Source of the DNA: Eledone cirrhosa
Lineage: Eukaryota
Direction: 5' to 3'
DNA length: 64,000 bases
Assembly (NCBI GenBank): GCA_964016885.1
Contig: OZ024753.1
Span: 45,136,001-45,200,000, forward strand
The position numbers were made by a program, and so were the translations under genes. Under the pieces are notes generated by a model. It did not search any database. It was not told where the DNA came from and was given only the letters and a program-made list of their open reading frames with translations. Below are positions 25,170 to 40,371 of this stretch, one piece after another. The first letter of the stretch is position 1; every line of letters begins with the position of its first letter.

Positions 25170-26590
25170 ATGTACTTGATAGGTTTGATGCCGAGTGGTA
25201 CACCACAGGGAAATAAACCAGCACTGAGTAGTAGTAGTAGTAGCAGTAGTAGTGGTGGTGGTAGTAGTAGTAGTGGTGGTGGTGGTGGTGGTAGGGGTGG
25301 TGGTGGTGGTGGTGGTGGTAGTAGTGGTAGTAGTGGTGGTTGTGGTGGTAGTAGTAGTAGTGGTGGTGGTGGTGGTGGTGGTGGTGGAGGTGGTAGTAGT
25401 AGTAGTAGTGGTGGTGGTGTTGGTGGTAGTAGTAGTAGTAGTGGTGGTGGTAGTGGTGGTAGTAATAGTAGTAGTAGTAGGTCATAAAAATACTAAATAT
25501 AATATAATAATAATAAAAATGATTGTGTACAGTGCTCAGGTGCACTACAACTCATCAAAGGTGCATGTATAGTACATAGAATAATGTAGAAATGTAAGGA
25601 AGAGGAAGAGTATGAGTGATATCCACAGACACGTGTGTCTAGGATGAGTCAGCTATAACAGATGACATGATACTACTTAAATTGTTAGAAGTTCTCTGAC
25701 ATGTACTTGATAGGTTTGATGCTGAGTGGTACACTGCAGGGAAATAAACCAGCACTGTGTAGTGGTGGTGGTGGTGGTAGTAGTAGTGGTGGTGGTGGTG
25801 GTCGTGGTAGTAGTAGTGGTGGTGGTGGTGGTGGTGGTGGTGGTGGTAGTAATAGTAGTAATGGTGGTGGTGGTGGTAGTAGTAGTGGTGGTGGTGGTGG
25901 TGGTAGTAGTAATAATAGTGGTGGTGGTGGTGGTGGTGGTAGTAGTGGTGGTAGTAGTGGTAGTAGTAGTGGTGGTAGTAGTAGTAGTAGTGGTGGTGGT
26001 GGTAGTAGTAATAGTAGTGGTGGTGGTGGTGGTAGTAGTGGTGGTGGTGGTGGTAGTAGTGGTGGTAGTAGTGGTAGTAGTAGTGGTGGTAGTAGTAGTA
26101 GTGGTGGTAGTGGTGGTGGTGGTAGTAGTGGTAGTAGTAGTGGTGGTAGTAGTAGTAGTGGTGGTAGTGGTGGTGGTGGTAGTAGTAATAGTAGTGGTGG
26201 TGGTGGTGGTAGTAGTGGTGGTGGTGGTGGTGGTGGTAGTAGTAATAGTAGTGGTGGTGGTGGTGGTAGTAGTGGTGGTAGTAGTAGTGGTGGTAGTAGT
26301 GGTAGTAGTAGTAGTAGTGGTGGTAGTAGTAGTAGTGGTGGTGGTAGTAGTAATAGTAGTGGTGGTGGTAGTGGTGGTAGTAGTGGTGGTGGTGGTGGTG
26401 GTGGTAGTAGTAGGTCATAAAATACTAAAGGTACTTTATAGGAAATGACTATCCACCCCCTGTCAGCCACCCCAGGGGAGGGAGGGTTCACTGCCCTTCC
26501 ACCCATTGCTACTTTAAAGAAGACAATGGACACTTGAGATAACTGTGTTTATATACAAGTAGAGTATGAGAGGGGGGTGGGGGTGAATGT
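25170..26590. repeat. Locally duplicated unit: unique 55-nt lead, (GGT/AGT)n, then gtaggtcataaaa. Third partial copy at 28936-29455.
   Basis: atgtacttgataggtttgatg at about 25170 and 25701. Shared right flank at 26470-26590 and 29329-29450. Confidence 0.8.
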
Positions 26591-26752
26591 ATGTATATAT
26601 ATATATATATATATATACATACATATATAATATATATATACATATATATGTATATATATACTATGTTTATATATATACATATATGTATATATATAAACAT
26701 ATATATACTAGTATATATATATACTAGTATATATATAAACATATATACACTA

Positions 26753-26786
<34 letters not shown>

Positions 26787-26812
26787 TAGTATATATATAC
26801 ATATATACACTA

Positions 26813-26850
<38 letters not shown>

Positions 26851-27089
26851 TAGTATATATATATATATATATATACACTTGACCAACGTTGAAAATTAGT
26901 TGATTGTCTTTATGACTGTCACAACTACTACCACCCCTACAACTACTACTACAACCACCACCACCACCTCTACTACTACAACCACCACCACCACCTCTAC
27001 TACTACTACAACCACCACCACCTCTACTACTACTACAACCACCACCACCTCTACTACTACTACCACAACCATCATCACTATTGCCTTTC

Positions 27090-27470
27090 TTAGAGAAAGG
27101 GTTAAGGTGTTTATATTTATCTATAACCTCTCCATGATAACAAGAACCTTTGTTAAGTTATGTTCCATTATAAATATGGTAATGAAAGGGTTAAGGTGTT
27201 TATATTTATCTAAAACCTTTCCATCATAACAAGAAACTTTGTTAAGTTATGTTCCATTATAAATATGGTAATGAATGGGTTAAAGTGTTCATATTTATCT
27301 AAAACCTCTCCATCATAATTTTATGTATGAACCCTTGTTAAGTTATGTTCCATTGTAAATATGGTAATGAAAGGGTTAAGGTGTTTATATTTATCTAAAA
27401 CTTTTCCCTCACAACAAGAAACTTTGTTAAGTTATGTTCCATTGTAAATACAGTAAAGAAAGGGTTAAGT
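27090..27470. repeat. Degenerate tandem repeat of about 90-95 bp x4
   Basis: Recurrent gaaagggttaaggtgtttatatttatc ... ttgttaagttatgttccatt. Confidence 0.8.
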
Positions 27471-27842
27471 TGGAATGTTTATGAGAAAATAGGTGAGATC
27501 AATAGGTGATCTGATGCAGAAAAGTGCAGCTGTTTTAGGCAATCAGAGCTCCAACATCAACACAACTGCAACATATTGATGAGATGGGGAGGGGAGGGGG
27601 GGGGGGGTTCTTTGAGTAGAGTCTTGTGTAGACATTAGTGAAATGGTCGTCTCAGGTAAAGATGAGAAAATGAAAAGATGTTCTTCTTCAAATAGTTGAA
27701 TCTAATTTAATAAGCTTACTGCTTGGTAAATGGCAAAATGTCTGAAGGGGAAGAAAATAGCAAACAAACAGCTGAAGGGATAGGGTAGGGGAGGTAAATA
27801 TATTTATATCTACTGAAGGGACTTTGGCTTGTACCTGCTCTT

Positions 27843-27904
<62 letters not shown>

Positions 27905-27959
27905 TATATATAAATATATATATAAATATATATATAAACAGCAGGTACATATATATATG

Positions 27960-27989
<30 letters not shown>

Positions 27990-27991
<2 letters not shown>

Positions 27992-28175
27992 ACGAAGGAA
28001 ATGTGGTAAGGAACCAGGTGGACCATAACGCACCAAAGTACTCAATACTTGAGGTAGTAGAGTGGGTAATAGGAACCAGTAAGACCCCGACAGCTGAGCT
28101 CAAGCCGTTTCGACCTCTAATTCCAGAATTAGCCGTCGAAACGGCTTGAGCTCAGCTGTCGGGGTCTTACTGGTT

Positions 28176-28180
<5 letters not shown>
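27990..28180. mobile_element. Fold-back element family D (partial hammerhead)
   Basis: Palindrome 28070-28178 with arm gtcgaaacggcttgagctcagctgtcgggg. Other copies at 30436, 42368 and 58983. Confidence 0.7.
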
Positions 28181-28223
<43 letters not shown>

Positions 28224-28363
28224 TATATATAAATAAATATGAATATATATATAAACAGCAGGTACATATATATATGTATGTATATATATATATTTAGAGA
28301 GAGAGATATATATGAATGTATTGGTAGTAGCACTAACACAGTGTGATTTACAATAGAGGTGGA

Positions 28364-28451
<88 letters not shown>

Positions 28452-28588
28452 AACCCATGTTAATATGGAAAATGGATGTTAAACGGTGATGATGATATAT
28501 ATATATAAACTTATTGGCAGTAATACTAACACTGTGTGATTTACAATAGAGGTATGAGTGTATGTATATATATGTGTATGTATATATA

Positions 28589-28818
28589 TCATCATCATCA
28601 TCATCATCATCACCGTTTTACGTCCGTTCTTCCACGCTAGCATGGGTTAGACGGGTTGTCCTGTTGTGGGTAGTGTCTGGTCAGCTGACCATGCCTTGCT
28701 CATACAGGAACTGATTTGGCTTGATTTCTACAGCTGGATGCCCTTCCTAACACCAACCTCATTTACAGTGTGGGCTGGGTGCTTTTTTGCCGTGGCACCT
28801 CCACGACCACCTTGCGGT
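28589..28818 (-). mobile_element. 5'-truncated copy of the RTE LINE 3' UTR
   Basis: Near-exact reverse complement of about 33322-33590, with a (GAT)n tail. Confidence 0.85.
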
Positions 28819-28937
28819 ATATATATATGAATGTATGACGTCATTATGACGGCCATTTTACCATGCTTGCATGGGTTGGACAGGTCCTTCTCAGTACAGT
28901 ATTTCACCACTTGCCATGTTCCTTTGTCATCTCTGTG

Positions 28938-29051
<114 letters not shown>

Positions 29052-29079
29052 GGTGGTGGTGGTAGTAGTAGTAGTAGTA

Positions 29080-29129
<50 letters not shown>

Positions 29130-29142
29130 GGTGGTAGTAGTA

Positions 29143-29204
<62 letters not shown>

Positions 29205-29205
29205 G

Positions 29206-29288
<83 letters not shown>

Positions 29289-29450
29289 AGTAGTAACAGT
29301 AGTAGGTCATAAAAAAGGTACTTTATCCACCCCAGGGGAGGGAGGGTTCACTGCCCTTCCACCCATTGCTACTTTAAAGAAGACAATGGACACTTGAGAT
29401 AACTGTGTTTATATACAAGTAGAGTATGAGAGGGTGGGTGGGGGTGAATG

Positions 29451-29512
<62 letters not shown>

Positions 29513-29514
<2 letters not shown>

Positions 29515-29935
29515 CAATATATTAACAAATGGAAATTATATTTATAAAACTATATTTATTTTATTATACATATTTCAAGGGCTACCACGGCAAATTATGG
29601 TGCACTTTCATCAGATAAAATACAATACAGATTTGTTTTATACATAAATATTGACATACCCTGAAAAAAGACAACCTTAACGGTTGGAGCTTCCTGGATA
29701 GTCAATATTTATTTATAAAACAAATCTGTATTGTATTTTATCTGATGAAAGCGCACCATAATTTGCCTTGGTGGCCCTTGAAATATGTATAATAAAATAA
29801 ATATGGTTTTATAAATATAGTTTCCATTTATTAATATATTGTATATTTACTCCACTAATCTGTTGAGTGCTTTATATCAGTTATAAAAATGTTTAAGCTT
29901 GTTGAATCCCAACAAATTAAATATAACTTCTGCAT
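29513..29935. mobile_element. Hammerhead element family B, inverted arms (hammerheads at 29557-29622 minus and 29734-29799 plus)
   Basis: tattttat CTGATGA aagcgcacca...tggtggccctt GAAA tatgta TA ataaaata, plus its inverted copy. Confidence 0.8.
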
Positions 29936-30374
29936 ATATATATATTTGTTATTCCAATGTTGTTTTTTAATTCCAGGAACCATGGTCAGGGAACTCTATC
30001 AGTAAAACTGACTTTAAGTCAGTCTAGCTTAAGTTTAATATATATATATATATATATATACATAGAGAGAGAGGGGGGGAGGTAGATAGAGAGAGGGGGA
30101 GAGGTAAAGAGAGAGAGGGGAGAGGTAAAGAGAGAGAGGGGAGAGGTAAAGAGAGAGAGAGAGAGAGGGGGGGATAGTTATTTTCTAAAGTATAGTGTAC
30201 AATAATCTCTGGCAGAGAATTGTGTTGATATTGTGAAGAGAATGAAAGGGAAGTTGGTAATTCACAGTAATTTAGTGAGGGAAGTTTACAGTGAAGATAG
30301 CAACAAGAGTATAAAACATTTAAGTACTAATAACACTTATATACACACACATGGCTGTGTGTGTATATATGTGC

Positions 30375-30433
<59 letters not shown>

Positions 30434-30435
30434 CA

Positions 30436-30646
30436 TAACGAAGGAAATGTGGTAAGGAACCAGATGGACCATAACGCACCAAAGTACTCAATACTTAGGG
30501 TAGTAGAGTGGGTAATAGGAACGAGTAGGACCCCGACGGCTGAGCTCAAGCCGTTTCGACGGCTAATTCTGGACTAAAATCATTTTAGTCCAGAATTAAC
30601 CGTCGAAACGGCTTGAGCTCAGCCGTCGGGGTCCTACTTGTTCCTC
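30436..30646. mobile_element. Fold-back element family D
   Basis: Near-perfect palindrome 30517-30645 centred on ggactaaaatcattttagtcc. Confidence 0.75.
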
Positions 30647-30827
30647 TATATATATATATATATATGTGTGTGTATATACAGAAAGAGATATATAGATATA
30701 TACATACACATATAACTATACACAAACATACATATACATACATACATATATAGGACGGAAGCCCTTCCTAATGCCAACCACCTAACAAAGTGAACTGTGT
30801 GTATATATACATACATATATAGAGAGA

Positions 30828-30899
<72 letters not shown>

Positions 30900-31056
30900 T
30901 AAGATACAGGTGGATCATAACGCAGTCGAAACAGCCAGAGCTCAGCTGTCGGGGTCCTAAATCTTTTCATATATATATATACATTTACTTCTGCGTTCAC
31001 AGATTGACTTTTTTAGTTTCAGAAGATCTTTGCTTAAACTTTAATCTGTTATTTTA

Positions 31057-31091
<35 letters not shown>

Positions 31092-31715
31092 CATATATAA
31101 ATATACACACCACACACATACACGGTTGTATGGAGACAGTAGTAAGAGAGTGGTGGTGGTAAGAGAGTGGTGGTGTGGTGTGTGGGGGGGGGGGGTCAAT
31201 GTGGAATCTAATATATAATAATACAGGTATCTCTTGGCTGTCTTAAAGACATCAGACAGGTAAGATGATGGAAGGAAGGAAGGAAGGAAGCTATATCACT
31301 TCAATGTTGTAACAACAATTTCTTAGCAAAGAAAACAGTTCTGTATATAGGTCAATATCAATGAATTGATGATTGTATTATTTTCTGGTTAATGTAACTT
31401 TTACTTCTTGTTGTTGTTGTTGGTGGTGGTGGGTTGGTGGTGGTGGTGGTGGGGTTATTGTAGTGGTGGTAGTTGGGGGGTGTAGTGGTGGTAGTGGTGG
31501 TGGGTTGGTGGTGATGGTGGTGTGGTGTGGGGGTGGGGTGGGTTGGTGGTGATGGTGGTGTGGTGTGTGGGGGTTGTAGTGGTGGTGGTGGTGGTGGGGT
31601 GGGGGTGAATGTGGTGATGGTAGGTTATTTAGAAATGTGTTGAGAAGTTAATAGAGAAATGGTAAATAAAGAAGATAAATTGAACTTGAACTCCCAAATG
31701 ACAACGCCGCCGTGT

Positions 31716-31774
<59 letters not shown>

Positions 31775-31812
31775 ATGTAATGGAGAGGATAAAAATCCTA
31801 AACTTCTAACTA

Positions 31813-31862
<50 letters not shown>

Positions 31863-31964
31863 CATACATATACATATATATATACATATATATATACATA
31901 TATATACACATATATATACATATATATATATACATATATATTTATATATATATATGTATATATA

Positions 31965-31997
<33 letters not shown>

Positions 31998-32016
31998 TTA
32001 TATATATATATGTATT

Positions 32017-32085
<69 letters not shown>

Positions 32086-32086
32086 G

Positions 32087-32121
<35 letters not shown>

Positions 32122-32145
32122 GTATTTATATATATATATATGTAT

Positions 32146-33590
32146 AAGCGGTACAAGCCATGTATAGGGGAGCAGTCAGCAAAGTTAGGATTGGCAATGA
32201 GTATAGCGAGGAATTTAGCGTACAGGTTGGGGTCCACCAGGGCTCTGTTCTTAGCCCTCTCCTGTTCATCATAGTCCTGCAGGCAATAACGGAGGAGTTT
32301 AAGACCGGATGCCCATGGGAACTCCTGTATGCTGATGACCTCGCACTCATAGCTGAATCTATGGTAGAACTAGAGAATAAATTCCAAACCTGGAAGCAGG
32401 GACTAGAGAGAAAGGGCCTCAAAGTCAACATGACAAAGACTAAGGTCCTTATAAGTAGACGAGAAAACAGAACCCAGATCCCCTCAGGGAAATGGCCTTG
32501 CTCAGTATGTAGGAAAGGTGTAGGTAGGAACTCCATTCTTTGCCCCAAATGCAAACAATGGGTACACAAGAGATGTAGCGGGATCTCAGGAAGCTTAATT
32601 AAGAATGTAGGATTCACATGCAGCAGCTGTGCTGAAACAGCAAGCAAACAGCCACAGGAAACAAGTACCACCAATCTCTGGGAGGGCCCTGTAGAAACAG
32701 TAGACAGCTTCTGCTACCTAGGTGACCGAATTAGCAACGGAGGTGGGTGCTCAGAAAGTACAATAACTAGGGTAAGAACGGGATGGAAGAAGTTTAGGGA
32801 ACTACTACCACTGCTAGCTGCAAAAGGCTTCTCCCTCAGAATGAAAGGCAGACTGTATGATGCGTGTATCCGAACAGCGATGTTGCATGGTAGTGAGACC
32901 TGGGCGCTGAAGGTGGAAGACTTACGTAGATTAGAGAGAAACGAAGCCTGCATGCTCCGATGGATGTGTAACAGTAATATACGTGAACGACAAAGCATAA
33001 ATGAATTGAGAGAGAGACTGAGCATAAGAGGAATCAAATGCTGCGTGCAGGAGAGGCGGTTACGCTGGTATGGACATGTGATGCGTATGAAGGATGACAG
33101 CTGCATAAAAAGGTGCAGAGCACTAGAAGTTGATGGAAACCGCGGAGTGGGGAGACCCAAGATGACTTGGGATGAGGTGATAAAAGCCGACCTTACCCAA
33201 CTACACCTCTCAAAGTCAATGACACACGACCGTGACTTCTGGCGTCACGCAGTAATACAGGGTACCCGACCTCCCATGGGTACATGCTGAAGCATATAAA
33301 CAATATGCCCCCCCCACCCCCACCGCAAGGTGGTCGTGGAGGTGCCACGGCAAAAAAGCACCCAGCCCACACTGTAAAGTGGACGTGTAGGCGCCACGAA
33401 AAAGCACCCAGCACTCACTGTAAATGAGGTTGGTGTTAGGAAGGGCATCCAGCTGTAGAAATCAAGCCAGATCAGTTCCTGTATGAGCAAGGCATGGTCA
33501 GCCGACCAGACACTGCCCACAACAGGACAACCCGTCTAACCCATGCTAGCGTGGAAGAACGGACGTAAAACGGTGATGATGATGATGATA
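32146..33590 (+). mobile_element. 5'-truncated RTE-clade LINE (ORF remnant 32160-33290 open, 3' UTR, (GAT)n tail) in (TA)n
   Basis: [35 protein letters not shown] and GRPKMTW motifs, with no internal stops over 376 aa. Confidence 0.92.
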
Positions 33591-33594
33591 TATG

Positions 33595-33803
<209 letters not shown>

Positions 33804-33816
33804 ATATATATATATA

Positions 33817-33883
<67 letters not shown>

Positions 33884-34984
33884 TTCAATCCAAGCTGGAT
33901 CTCTTCAGAGCTATACCAAATTTTGTTTTATTATTTATGAGAATCAAGGTCAAGATAGAATTTACAAACCAGTTTCTAAAATCTGAATTATTTTAGTTTC
34001 CATGGCAAATAAAAAAGGTTTTGAATTACATCAAATACAAAAAAATACGAAAAAAAATGAAATTGTTTTACATTACCCATGAGGCTAGGAGACATTGATG
34101 CTTACCTAGAGAGGGAAAGAGAGAAAGAAAGTATGAGTAATGTTGAATAGAAATTAATTCATTAAAGACAAAAACATTTAATTAATCAACAAGACCCCAG
34201 ACGTCATTCCCTTACCGAATGGGGTGGAACTGTTAAATTAGACCAAGGAAACAATGCTTCCATTGGTCTTACCCTCGTTGATACCATCTACTGGTTGTAA
34301 TTCCTGGCAGAAAGAGCAACATGAAATAAAGTGTCTTGCTCAAGGATATAACACATTGCCTGGTCCAGGAATCAAACTTGTAACCTCATGATTGAGAATC
34401 TAACCCTCAACCCATTAAACCATGTGACTTCACAATATTCATTAATTCATTATAAATAAATTAATTAACTCTTTTCATACCAAAACACCTGAAATACAAA
34501 ACTGTTTATTTACAACACAAAACTATTTTAAAGTGTTTATATTTATCTAAAAACATTTCATCAAAATGTTATATAATAGCCTTTGTTAAGTTATGTTCCA
34601 AAACAAAGTTAATAATGGTTTCTGGCACAAGGCAAGCAATGTTTTGGCAGGGTGGGGGTGGGGAGGTTTATTGACCTTAGAAGGATGAAAACCAAAGTTA
34701 ACCTCAGAAGGATTTGAACTGAGAATGTTAAGGGAGGTAACAATATGACACAAAGCGTGTTGTTTGACGCTCTACCGATAAGTGTATGTATGTGTCTGGG
34801 TGGGGGTGGGTGCTGAATGGTAGAAAATGGTTCTTCGACAACGGAACTGTTAACTTTAAATATAGACAAGATCCAATAATCCTTTGGAAATAAAGATTAG
34901 AGATACAAATATTTACAGTGTGTACACATTGTCCCCTACTCCACCATCACAGGACACGATGTCAAATGTCACCACCACCACCTC

Positions 34985-36722
34985 CACCATTGCCAGTAGG
35001 GAGGACATACAATGTCATGTCATCATCATCACCACCACCATAGCCAATAGAGAGGACATACAATGTCATGTCATCATCATCACCACCACCATAGCCAATA
35101 GAGAGGACATACAATGTCATGTCATCATCATCATCACCACCATAGCCAATAGAGAGGACATACAATGTCATGTCATCATCATCACCACCACCATAGCCAA
35201 TAGAGAGGACATACAATGTCATGTCATCATCATCATCACCACCATAGCCAATAGAGAGGACATACAATGTCATGTCATCATCATCACCACCACCATAGCC
35301 AATAGAGAGGACATACAATGTCATGTCATCATCATCATCACCACCATAGCCAATAGAGAGGACATACAATGTCATGTCATCATCATCATCACCACCATAG
35401 CCAATAGAGAGGACATACAATGTCATGTCATCATCATCACCACCACCATAGCCAATAGAGAGGACATACAATGTCATGTCATCATCATCACCACCACCAT
35501 AGCCAATAGAGAGGACATACAATGTCATGTCATCATCATCACCACCACCATAGCCAATAGAGAGGACATACAATGTCATGTCATCATCATCATCACCACC
35601 ATAGCCAATAGAGAGGACATACAATGTCATGTCATCATCATCACCACCACCATAGCCAATAGAGAGGACATACAATGTCATGTCATCATCATCACCACCA
35701 CCATAGCCAATAGAGAGGACATACAATGTCATGTCATCATCATCATCACCACCATAGCCAATAGAGAGGACATACAATGTCATGTCATCATCATCATCAT
35801 CACCACCATAGCCAATAGAGAGGACATACAATGTCATGTCATCATCATCACCACCACCATAGCCAATAGAGAGGACATACAATGTCATGTCATCATCATC
35901 ACCACCACCATAGCCAATAGAGAGGACATACAATGTCATGTCATCATCATCACCACCACCATAGCCAATAGAGAGGACATACAATGTCATGTCATCATCA
36001 TCATCACCACCATAGCCAATAGAGAGGACATACAATGTCATGTCATCACCACCACCACCACCATAGCCAATAGAGAGGACATACAATGTCATGTCATCAT
36101 CATCATCACCACCATAGCCAATAGAGAGGACATACAATGTCATGTCATCATCATCACCACCACCATAGCCAATAGAGAGGACATACAATGTCATGTCATC
36201 ACCACCACCACCACCATAGCCAATAGAGAGGACATACAATGTCATGTCATCATCATCATCACCACCATAGCCAATAGAGAGGACATACAATGTCATGTCA
36301 TCATCATCATCACCACCATAGCCAATAGAGAGGACATACAATGTCATGTCATCACCACCACCACCACCATAGCCAATAGAGAGGACATACAATGTCATGT
36401 CATCATCATCATCACCACCATAGCCAATAGAGAGGACATACAATGTCATGTCATCATCATCATCACCACCATAGCCAATAGAGAGGACATACAATGTCAT
36501 GTCATCACCACCACCACCACCATAGCCAATAGAGAGGACATACAATGTCATGTCATCATCATCATCACCACCATAGCCAATAGAGAGGACATACAATGTC
36601 ATGTCATCATCATCACCACCACCATAGCCAATAGAGAGGACATACAATGTCATGTCATCATCATCACCACCACCATAGCCAATAGAGAGGACATACAATG
36701 TCATGTCATCATCATCATCACC
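34985..36722. repeat. 51-bp minisatellite, about 33 copies
   Basis: Unit atagccaatagagaggacatacaatgtcatgtc(atc)n(acc)m. Confidence 0.97.
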
Positions 36723-36931
36723 AATACAGAGATGAATGTCACCACTTCCAATATAGACAGACACACAACCCTTCCCACTTTTCTTTTACAAAGCATACAC
36801 ACATACAATATATAATCATCATCATGGCCATATGTTTGATTAACAGATGTTTACATAACACCAATGTCAGTAAACCCCCCCCCCCCACCACCACCACCAC
36901 CACCACCCCGATTCTGTTCCACTTCATTTTA

Positions 36932-37055
36932 ACCAATGTTTACTTCACCAACCCCCACCAATGTTTACTTCACCAACCCCCACCAATGTTTACTTCACCA
37001 ACCCCCACCAATGTTTACTTCACCAACCCCCACCAATGTTTACTTCACCAACCCC
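36932..37055. repeat. 25-bp tandem repeat x5
   Basis: Unit accaatgtttacttcaccaaccccc. Confidence 0.9.
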
Positions 37056-37689
37056 GACCCCTGTTTAGCAGATGTTATAGTAAACCTTAATGATAAGGGA
37101 GTCAAGAATTTGTAACCCCTACTTTAAACTCTACAGTAGTAAGCACCAAAATAATATATGTTACAGCCCCTGATTAAAAAGGATGTCATTTTGTGGTTTT
37201 TCAAGGGATGTGGCCTGTTGCTATTAGATTTATATTTGATATACTGAATTACAGAGACAACAATTCATCAACATCATTTTAGCATCATCATCATCATCAT
37301 CATCACCATCATCGTTTTAACATCATCATCATCATCATCACCATCATCATCATTTTAACCTCATCATCATCATCAATTTAATTTCATCATCATCATCATT
37401 ACCATCATCATTGTTTTAACAGCTACTTTCCCTACTAACAAGGGTTGGATGGGTTTACAACGACCAAGTCAGTAGTAAAGCAGGGCTACTGATCTCCCAG
37501 ACAGGCCAGGGATCTGTTCTCCTGTTTATGTACAGTCTCATGTTCTACTGAGTGCACCAGTACTAGGGAGGTTGTCATGTCCTTCACACAACTGAAAGGT
37601 CCTTCTCAACCCTTTGTTTGACAAGATTTCTATGGTTGGATGCCCTTCCTATCACCAACCACTTCACAGAGATCACAAATATTATAAAT

Positions 37690-37736
<47 letters not shown>

Positions 37737-37755
37737 TATATATATATATACACAG

Positions 37756-37831
<76 letters not shown>

Positions 37832-37851
37832 TATATATATATATATACACA

Positions 37852-37903
<52 letters not shown>

Positions 37904-37923
37904 TATATATATATATATACACA

Positions 37924-37961
<38 letters not shown>

Positions 37962-37964
<3 letters not shown>

Positions 37965-38155
37965 AAAGGTAAACAGAAATAACAACACAATCAGTACAGT
38001 ATATGGAAGGGATATATTAGCTTAACGCTTGATATAGCAGGAAGAGGGTCTTAACGTTTTGGACGCTAGTCCTTCATCAGAAGAAAGAATGAGAAATAAG
38101 ATAGATTAAAGGGACAGGTGGGATGGAATTGGAAAAAATGTCTTTAGATAAAAAT
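37962..38155 (-). mobile_element. Hammerhead element family C (core GAAA mutated to AAAA at 38049-38084)
   Basis: Reverse complement matches 47780-47955. Confidence 0.7.
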
Positions 38156-38338
38156 AACGGATCCATTCATACCATTATGATCACTGTACAACCCCTGGAC
38201 AAGCCATTACAGACCAAATGAGTACTTAATCCGAAACTACTGTATGTGTGTGTATGTATGTGTATGTATGTGTATGTGTGTGTATGTATGTGTATATATA
38301 TAAGGTTACTAGACAAACAGCCAAAGTGTGTATATATG

Positions 38339-38395
<57 letters not shown>

Positions 38396-38423
38396 TATCA
38401 TAGACAAACAGCCAAAGTGTGTA

Positions 38424-38466
<43 letters not shown>

Positions 38467-38895
38467 TATTCATCATTTAACATCCTGCTTTCCCTGCAAG
38501 GAACAGTTGAGGTTACTAGACAAACAACCAAAGTGTGTACAGTCTAGTTAGTCACTCAATACTACATTGTGTCTATGACTAACAATTGAACTTGAACTCC
38601 CAAATGACACACCACCACCACCATCACCCCCCCCCCTCCCCCCACCACCAACATCACCCCCCCATCATCACCAACATCACCACCATCTCTACCAGCTATA
38701 AATAACCACCAGTTGGCTGGGTGGGTGGTAGGTAGAGGTATATATATAGTGGCAACTGTAACGAAATCAATAAGAAGTGTTCAGTTATATCTGTAGAAGG
38801 CAGTGATGAGTTCAAGCCTTAGGAAGGTTCTGGTTAAGAGGTGACATACTTTAAAATCAATGTTTACTAAAACTGACTTCAGCAAAAACATTCTG

Positions 38896-38941
<46 letters not shown>

Positions 38942-38987
38942 TCATCATCATCATCGGTTTTACATGTGTTTTTACATGGTTGGGTTG

Positions 38988-39740
38988 GACAGACAGACAG
39001 AGAGAGACAGACAGACAGACACACAGACTGACACACAGCCAGCCAGCTTGACAGACAGATAGACAGACAGACAGAGAGACAGACAGATAGAGAGACAGAC
39101 AGACAGAGACAGACAGACAGAGACAGACAGACAAACAGACAGACAGATAGAGAGACAGAGAGACAGACAGAGAGACAGACAGACAGACAGAGACAGACAG
39201 ACAAACAGACAGACAGATAGAGAGACAGAGAGACAGACAGACAGAGACACAGAGACAGACAGACAGACAGACTGACACACAGCCAGCCAGCTTGACAGAC
39301 AGATAGACAGACAAACAGACAGAGACAGACAGACAGACAGACAGACTGACACACAGCCAGCCAGCTTGACAGACAGATAGACAGACAAACAGACAGAGAC
39401 AGACAGACAGACAGACAGACTGACACACAGCCAGCCAGCTTGACAGACAGATAGACAGACAAACAGACAGAGACAGACAGACAGACAGACAGACTGACAC
39501 ACAGCCAGCCAGCTTGACAGACAGATAGACAGACAAACAGACAGAGACAGACAGACAGACAAACAGACAGAGACAGACAGACAGACAGACTGACACACAG
39601 CCAGCCAGCTTGACAGACAGATAGACAGACAAACAGACAAACAGACAGACAGACTGACACACAGCCAGCCAGCTTGACAGACAGATAGACAGACAAACAG
39701 ACAGAGAGAGACAGACAAACAGACAGACAGAGAGACAGAT
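38988..39740. repeat. (GACA)n-based compound minisatellite
   Basis: Recurrent ctgacacacagccagccagcttga spacer within GACA runs. Confidence 0.9.
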
Positions 39741-40006
39741 ATATAGATTATTGTTTCCCACATGAAAGTAATACAAACTAGATTTACCATTATCCATATT
39801 GAAATGTTATACAAAAGGAGTCTTTATTAAAATGTTTGTCTGTCAAGACTTGTGTAAAATAACAGAAATAAGATAAATTGACAGGAAACCACAACTTTAT
39901 AAAGAAGTGGAAATATATACTGAAGTTGATCCCCGACTCCTTGTAAAGGTGGGAAGTGGGAAGTATTTGTAAGGTAACTTTCTGAAGGTTTGTTTATATA
40001 TATATA

Positions 40007-40053
<47 letters not shown>

Positions 40054-40176
40054 AAAATATGTACATTTCCTTTGTATGTCTCAAAGAAAAATAATTATAA
40101 CATGTACATATATATATGTATATATGTGTGTGTGTATATATATATATATGCCAAAACCGCTTGGGATTGCAGTCTT

Positions 40177-40247
<71 letters not shown>

Positions 40248-40371
40248 GTATATATATATATAGTTCAAGGAAATGACAAAACAGAGGTACAAAAAGTCAT
40301 TAGTTTCATGCTTTATATGGAGGAGGGGAATGAAAGTTGGACATGTCGAGCTTATATATATATATATATTC

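Noticed and set aside
33883-33912. Minus-strand CTGAAGA-gatcca/tggatt-GAAA
   Set aside because: Stem III and the 3' strand of stem I are replaced by (TA)n. Counted only as a truncated remnant.
34884-36815. 643-aa and 600-aa repeat ORFs; CRISPR-like appearance
   Set aside because: This is a 51-bp tandem unit with no unique spacers, no cas genes and a eukaryotic context.
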